From the human T2T-CHM13v2.0 reference genome, Homo sapiens, in the NCBI GenBank assembly GCA_009914755.4, contig CP086569.2:3616001-3680000 (forward strand): a stretch of DNA of 64,000 bases, written 5' to 3'. Made by a program: the position numbers and the translations under genes. Under the pieces are notes generated by a model that ran no database searches, was not told where the DNA came from, and worked only from the letters and a program-made list of their open reading frames with translations. This document shows, piece after piece, positions 57,831-64,000 of the stretch (its first letter is position 1; the number at the start of each line of letters is the position of its first letter).

Positions 57831-60800
57831 TGGGTCTTCAGCTACCTCAATTCTTCACTCCTCAGAAAAGAGAATTTGACTGGCATAAGGCAGAAGAGAA
57901 CAAGGCCAAGTGTAGAGCAGAAATAAAACTTTATTAAAAAGCTCTGTAGCAGAAACAAAAGGAAGAAAACTACATTTGGAAGTAGACCAAGTGGGTTACT
58001 TGAAAGACAAGTGTGCAGTTTGAACTTTTGACTTGGGGTTTATATGTTGGCATACTTCTGGGTCTTGTGTCTCTTCTACCCTGATATTTTCTTAGGGGTG
58101 GACTCTCTGCATGCACAGTGGCCAGCCAGCACTGGGGAGGTGAGAATATGAAGAGTGTTTACTGGAGTTGTGCACATGCTAACTTGAGGTGCTCTTCCCT
58201 TACCAGCCAAATGTCACTAGGAGGTGTGAACCCTGAATATCTGAGACAGATCTCAGTAAATTGAAAAAGTTTATTTTGCCAAGGTTGAGGATGCACTTCC
58301 ATGACACAGCCTCAAGAGGTCCTAATGACATGTGCCCAAGGTGGTTGGAGCACAGCTGGATTTTATACATTTTAGAAAGACATGAGACATCAATAAATAT
58401 ATGTAAGATGTACATTGGTCCCTCCAGAAATGTGGGACAACTTGAAACCTATGAGAACATGACCTTCTTTACTTACCACAGTCAGAAATCCTGTACAGAG
58501 ACTGTGGAGAAAAGGTATGAGGCCAGTTTTTCCAAAAGGCTTTTATTGGCTCTATAAGTCAAGTTTGATTCCTTAAAGGAAATCATATGAGTCTAGTCAA
58601 AGTCTTGATAAAATAACCAGTTTATCCAATTGTGTCCTGTTGCAAAATAAAACATTCTTAGTGCACTTATGCAAATAACTATTTGCCATACACTAAGAAC
58701 ACTCACAAATAGTTTTCAAATCCTGGAGAAATGAGGTAGAGAGAAACAAATATGCTTCCAATTTTGTTGATAGGAGTATAGTTTCTCAATTGCTACAACC
58801 CGTAAATAGCTCAAAAAAAACTTGTCTTGACTGTGAAAAGCAATAAAAGGGTCAACATTGTTTTCAGTAAAAAAGTCAAAAAATTACTTTAGTCTTCTAT
58901 TAGTTTAGTCAACGCAGTTAACTTCTGTTCTGCATGATATTCGTAAACATTCCAGCTGTGTATGAGAGTACTGAAAGTTTTTTCTCTATTCTAATGTCAC
59001 AATCACCAAAGTTATCAGAACCCTACATTCAAGAATACCTGTTAGTTTTATAGCTGATTATAAAACCACCTTCTAAAGAGAACAAAAACAAAACAACATT
59101 TGTTTGTGGATGACAAAAAGCTTTAGGGTAGCTATAGTCAAAGATACAATTAAGGAGGAAATTTGTTATCTCTCTGGCAAACAAAATTTAACATAGCAAT
59201 TATAATTATTTCTGATAATGTACACTAAGTCATATTATAATTATAGGAGCTTCCCAAATGTTGGAACACATACCAATAACATATTTACACAAATACAGCC
59301 CAGAAAAGACTAAACATCATTTCATATTTTACAGTGCTTCCTGTATGATTTTTATACCAAACAAGCCAAATATGTCATTTTAAAACTTTAGGGAAAGTAA
59401 TATCTTAAAGGAATAGTTAGGTCAGAAAAAAAAAAAAACACAGTTTACAAATTCATTTTGGAAAATTTGTCAAATATCAAAGATTTAAAACACTTGTTAT
59501 CACAAAATAGGATCCCAGGTCATTGTAAAATAAGTCATCCCTTTAACAAAAGTAATAACTCAAGGATTTCAAAAAAAGGCAAAACTTCATTCTTTAAGAG
59601 AAGATACTTAATTTTCCAAACAATAAGCCCTAATAAAGCAGCATAAAGCCAATTAAACTTGTTTGTCAAAATTTTATAAACAATCTTTAAATTCTAATCA
59701 CCTTGACCATAAAAGATATAATTTCCACAATCCTTTCATAACCTTTATTAAAAAGTTGGTTAATGCTTCAAGAAAAGCTTGTTAATCTGACATAAAGGCC
59801 AATATGCTGGTCATGCATCAGTATGCCTTCGGTATTAATGGTTAATTTATAGAGAAATTGAACTTATTTTATCTCTCAAAATTGTGTCTTACAATCTCAC
59901 ATGCCCATCTCTTCCGCAGTAGTCCCTGGGCCTTGAGGAGTTGAATAGCTTTAATTTCTGGCCCTGTGTCTCAGAAATGCAGTTTAGTTTGATTAGTGCC
60001 TTTGACTGGGCCTGAAGATGAGGTTTTAATTGCTGTCAGTGTTTAAGATTTAGCAGGACTTGGTGTCCTTTTCAGATCAAGGAGTCAAAGACCTGTAACT
60101 CAATGTCATAAGGACTTTAAAAGCACATACAGAAAGATACACAGATGTATAACCTTAATTAAGAAAAAAATATTTTAATCTCAGTTTTTTCTTCTAAGCA
60201 AACCAAAACTTAACAATAATAGCATAGGAATTATTTCAAAAAAATTTAAAATCTGTTAGGACAGTTACCAAAAAGCAAAATAAAAGACCTTCGATGGCTG
60301 GCAAGATGGCTGAATAGGAAGAGCTCCGCTCTGCAGCTCCCAGGGAGATCAATGCAGAAGGTGGGTGATTTCTGCATTTCCAACTGAGGTACCATGCTCA
60401 ACTCATTGGGACTGGTTAGACAGTGAGTACAGTCCCTGGATGGCAAGCAGAAGCAAGGGGGGACATTGCCTCACCTGGGAAGCACAAGGGGCCAGGGAAC
60501 TCCCTCCCCTAGCCAAGGGAAGCCATGAGGGACTGTGCCATGAGGAACAGTGCAATCTGGCCCAGATACTACACTTTTTCCCACGGTCTTCACAACCCAC
60601 AGATCAGGAGATTCCCTCGGGTGCCTACACCACCAATAACCTGGGTTTTAAGCACAAAACTGGGTGGCTGTTTGGGTAGACAGTGAGCTAGCTGCAGGAG
60701 TTTTTTTTTTTTGTACACCAGAGGCATGTGGAACACCAGCGAGTCAGAACTGTTCACTCCTCTGGAAAGGGGGATGAAGCCAGGGAGCCAAGTGGTCTAG

Positions 60801-61636
60801 CTCAGTGGATCCCACCCCTACAGAGCCCAGCAAGCTAATATCCACTGGCTTGAGATTCTTGCTGCCAGCACAGCAGTCCAAAATTGACCTGGGATGCTCA
60901 AGCTTGGTGCGGGCAGGGGCGTGCACCATTACTGAGGCTTGAGTAGGTGGTTTTCCCCTCACAGTGTAAACAAAGCTGCTGGGAAATTTGAACTAGACAG
61001 AGCCCACCGCAGCTCGGCAAAGCCGCTGTAGCCAGACTGCCTCTCTAGATTCTTCCTCTCTGGGCAGGGCATCTCTGAAAGAAAGGCAGCAGCTCCAGTC
61101 AAGGGCTTATAGAAAAAACACCCATCTCCCTGGGAAAGAGCACCTGGGGGAAGAGGTGGCTGTGGGTGCAACTTCAGTGGACTTAAACATTTCTGCCTGC
61201 TGGCTCTGAAAAGAGCAGCAGATCTCCCAGCACAGCACTCGAATTCTGCTAAGGGACAGACTGCTTCTTCAAGTGGGTCCCTGACACTCATGTCTCCTGA
61301 CTGGGAGACACCTCCCAGCAGGCGTCAACAGACATCTCGTACGGGACAGCTCCAGCTGGCATCTGGTGGGTGCCTCTCTGAGATGAAGCTTCCAGAGGAA
61401 GGAACAGACAGCAATCTTTGCTATTCTGCAGCCTCTGCTGGTGATACCCAGGCAAACAGGGTCTAAAGTAGACCTCCAGCAAATGCCAGCAGACCTGCAG
61501 CAGAGGGGCCTGACTGTTAGAAGGAAAACTAACACACAGAAAGGAATAGCATCGACATCAACAAAAAGATGTCCAAATAATGATCTCATCTGAAAGTCAC
61601 CAACATCAAAGACCAACGGCAGATAAATCCATGAAG

Positions 61637-62660
61637 ATGAGGAAAAACCAGGGGAAAAAAAGGCTGAAAATTCAACAAAAAGAATGCCTCTTCTCCTCCT
61701 ACAAAGGATCAAAACTCCTTGCCAGCAAGAGAAAAAAACTGGACAGAGAATGAGTTTTATGATTTGACAGAAGTAGGCTTCAGAAGGTGGGTAATAACAA
61801 ACTCCTCCAAGCTAAAAGAGCATGTTCTAACCCAATGCAAGGAAGTTAAGAACCTTGAAGAAAAGGTTAGAGGAATTACTAACTAGAATAACCAGTTTAG
61901 AGAAGAAGATAAATGACCTGATGGAGTTGAAAAAACAGCATGAGAATTTCGTGAAGTATACACAAGTATCAATAGCCAATCGATCAAGCAAAAGAAAGGA
62001 TATCAGAGACTGACAATCTACTTAATGAAATAAAGCATGAAGACAAGATGACAGAAAAAGAAAGAAAAGGAATGAACAAAGCCTCCAAGAAATACGGGAC
62101 TATGTGAAAAGACCAAATCTGCGTTTGATTGGTACCTGAAAGTGATGGGGAAAATGGAGCCAAGCTGGAAAACTCTCTTCAGGATATTACCCAGGAGAAC
62201 TTCCCCAACCTAGCAAGACAGGCCAACATTCAAATTCAGGAAATACAGAGAACACCACAAAGATACTCCTTGAGGAGAGCAACCCCAAGACACATAATTG
62301 TCAGATTCACCAAGGTTGAAATGAAGGAAAAATGTTAAGGGCAGCCAGAGAAAGTTCGGGTTACTCACAAGGTGAAGTCCATCAGATTAGCAGCAGATCT
62401 CTCTGCAGAAACCGTACAAGCCAGAAGACAGTGGGGGGGGGAATATTCAACATTCTTAAAGACAAGAATCTTCAACCCAGAATTTTGTATCCAGCCAAAC
62501 TAAGCTTCATAAGCGAAGGAGAAATAAAATCCTTACAGACAAGCAAATGCTGAAAGATTTTGTCACCACCAAGCCTGCCTTACAAGAGCTCCTGAAGGAA
62601 GCACTAAACATGGAAAGGAAAAACCAGTATCAGCCACTGCAAAAACAGCAAATTGTAAAG
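61637..62660 (+). pseudogene. L1 ORF1 remnant (frameshifted)
   Basis: Track ORFs 62129..62338(+) '…ENGAKLENSLQDITQENFPNLARQANIQIQEIQRTPQRYSLRRATPRHIIVRFTKVEMKEK' and 62332..62553(+) '…NILKDKNLQPRILYPAKLSFISEGEIKSLQTSK' are consecutive ORF1p segments in different frames. Confidence 0.8.
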
Positions 62661-62721
62661 ACCATTGACACTATGAAGAAACTGCATCAACTAACAGGCA
62701 AAATAACCAGCTAGCATCATA

Positions 62722-63965
<1,244 letters not shown>

Positions 63966-64000
63966 TAGAAACACTTCTACGCAAGTAAACTGGAAAATCT

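Overview
This window is not prokaryotic. It looks like catarrhine primate (human-like) nuclear DNA from an AT-rich, gene-poor region, probably intergenic or deep intronic. More than half of it is recognisable interspersed repeats.

Repeats found:
- At least eight L1 (LINE-1) copies or fragments of different ages. These include an L1PA element that is full-length at its 5' end and runs off the window (60292-64000), and a roughly 7.5 kb old L1 on the minus strand (47800-55300).
- About 15 Alu elements. Five of them are nested inside one old L1. Several have visible target-site duplications.
- Three same-orientation solo LTRs of the ERV9 / LTR12 type, each with a 4-bp target-site duplication and arrays of CCAAT-box (ATTGG) sub-repeats.
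- Four LTRs of the MaLR superfamily (THE1-type and MST/MLT1-type).
- A degenerate HERV-K-like (betaretroviral) pol remnant with LPQG and YIDD reverse-transcriptase motifs, flanked by about 450-bp direct repeats.
- One MADE1 mariner-derived inverted-repeat element that could fold as a miR-548-family hairpin.
- Several microsatellites: (TA)n, (CA)n, (GT)n and a compound GA/GATA block.

I found no convincing cellular exon, rRNA, tRNA, CRISPR array or operon. Every ORF of 100 aa or more on the six-frame track is a translation of an Alu or L1 sequence.

I see no evidence for a novel biological system. The features worth a second look are the solo ERV9 LTRs with their CCAAT arrays (potential promoters or enhancers), the 5'-intact L1PA promoter region, the MADE1 hairpin, and the nested or inverted L1 arrangements.

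All calls come from my own recognition of repeat consensus motifs in the sequence. Family and subfamily names and all boundaries are approximate (about ±20 bp unless a target-site duplication is cited).
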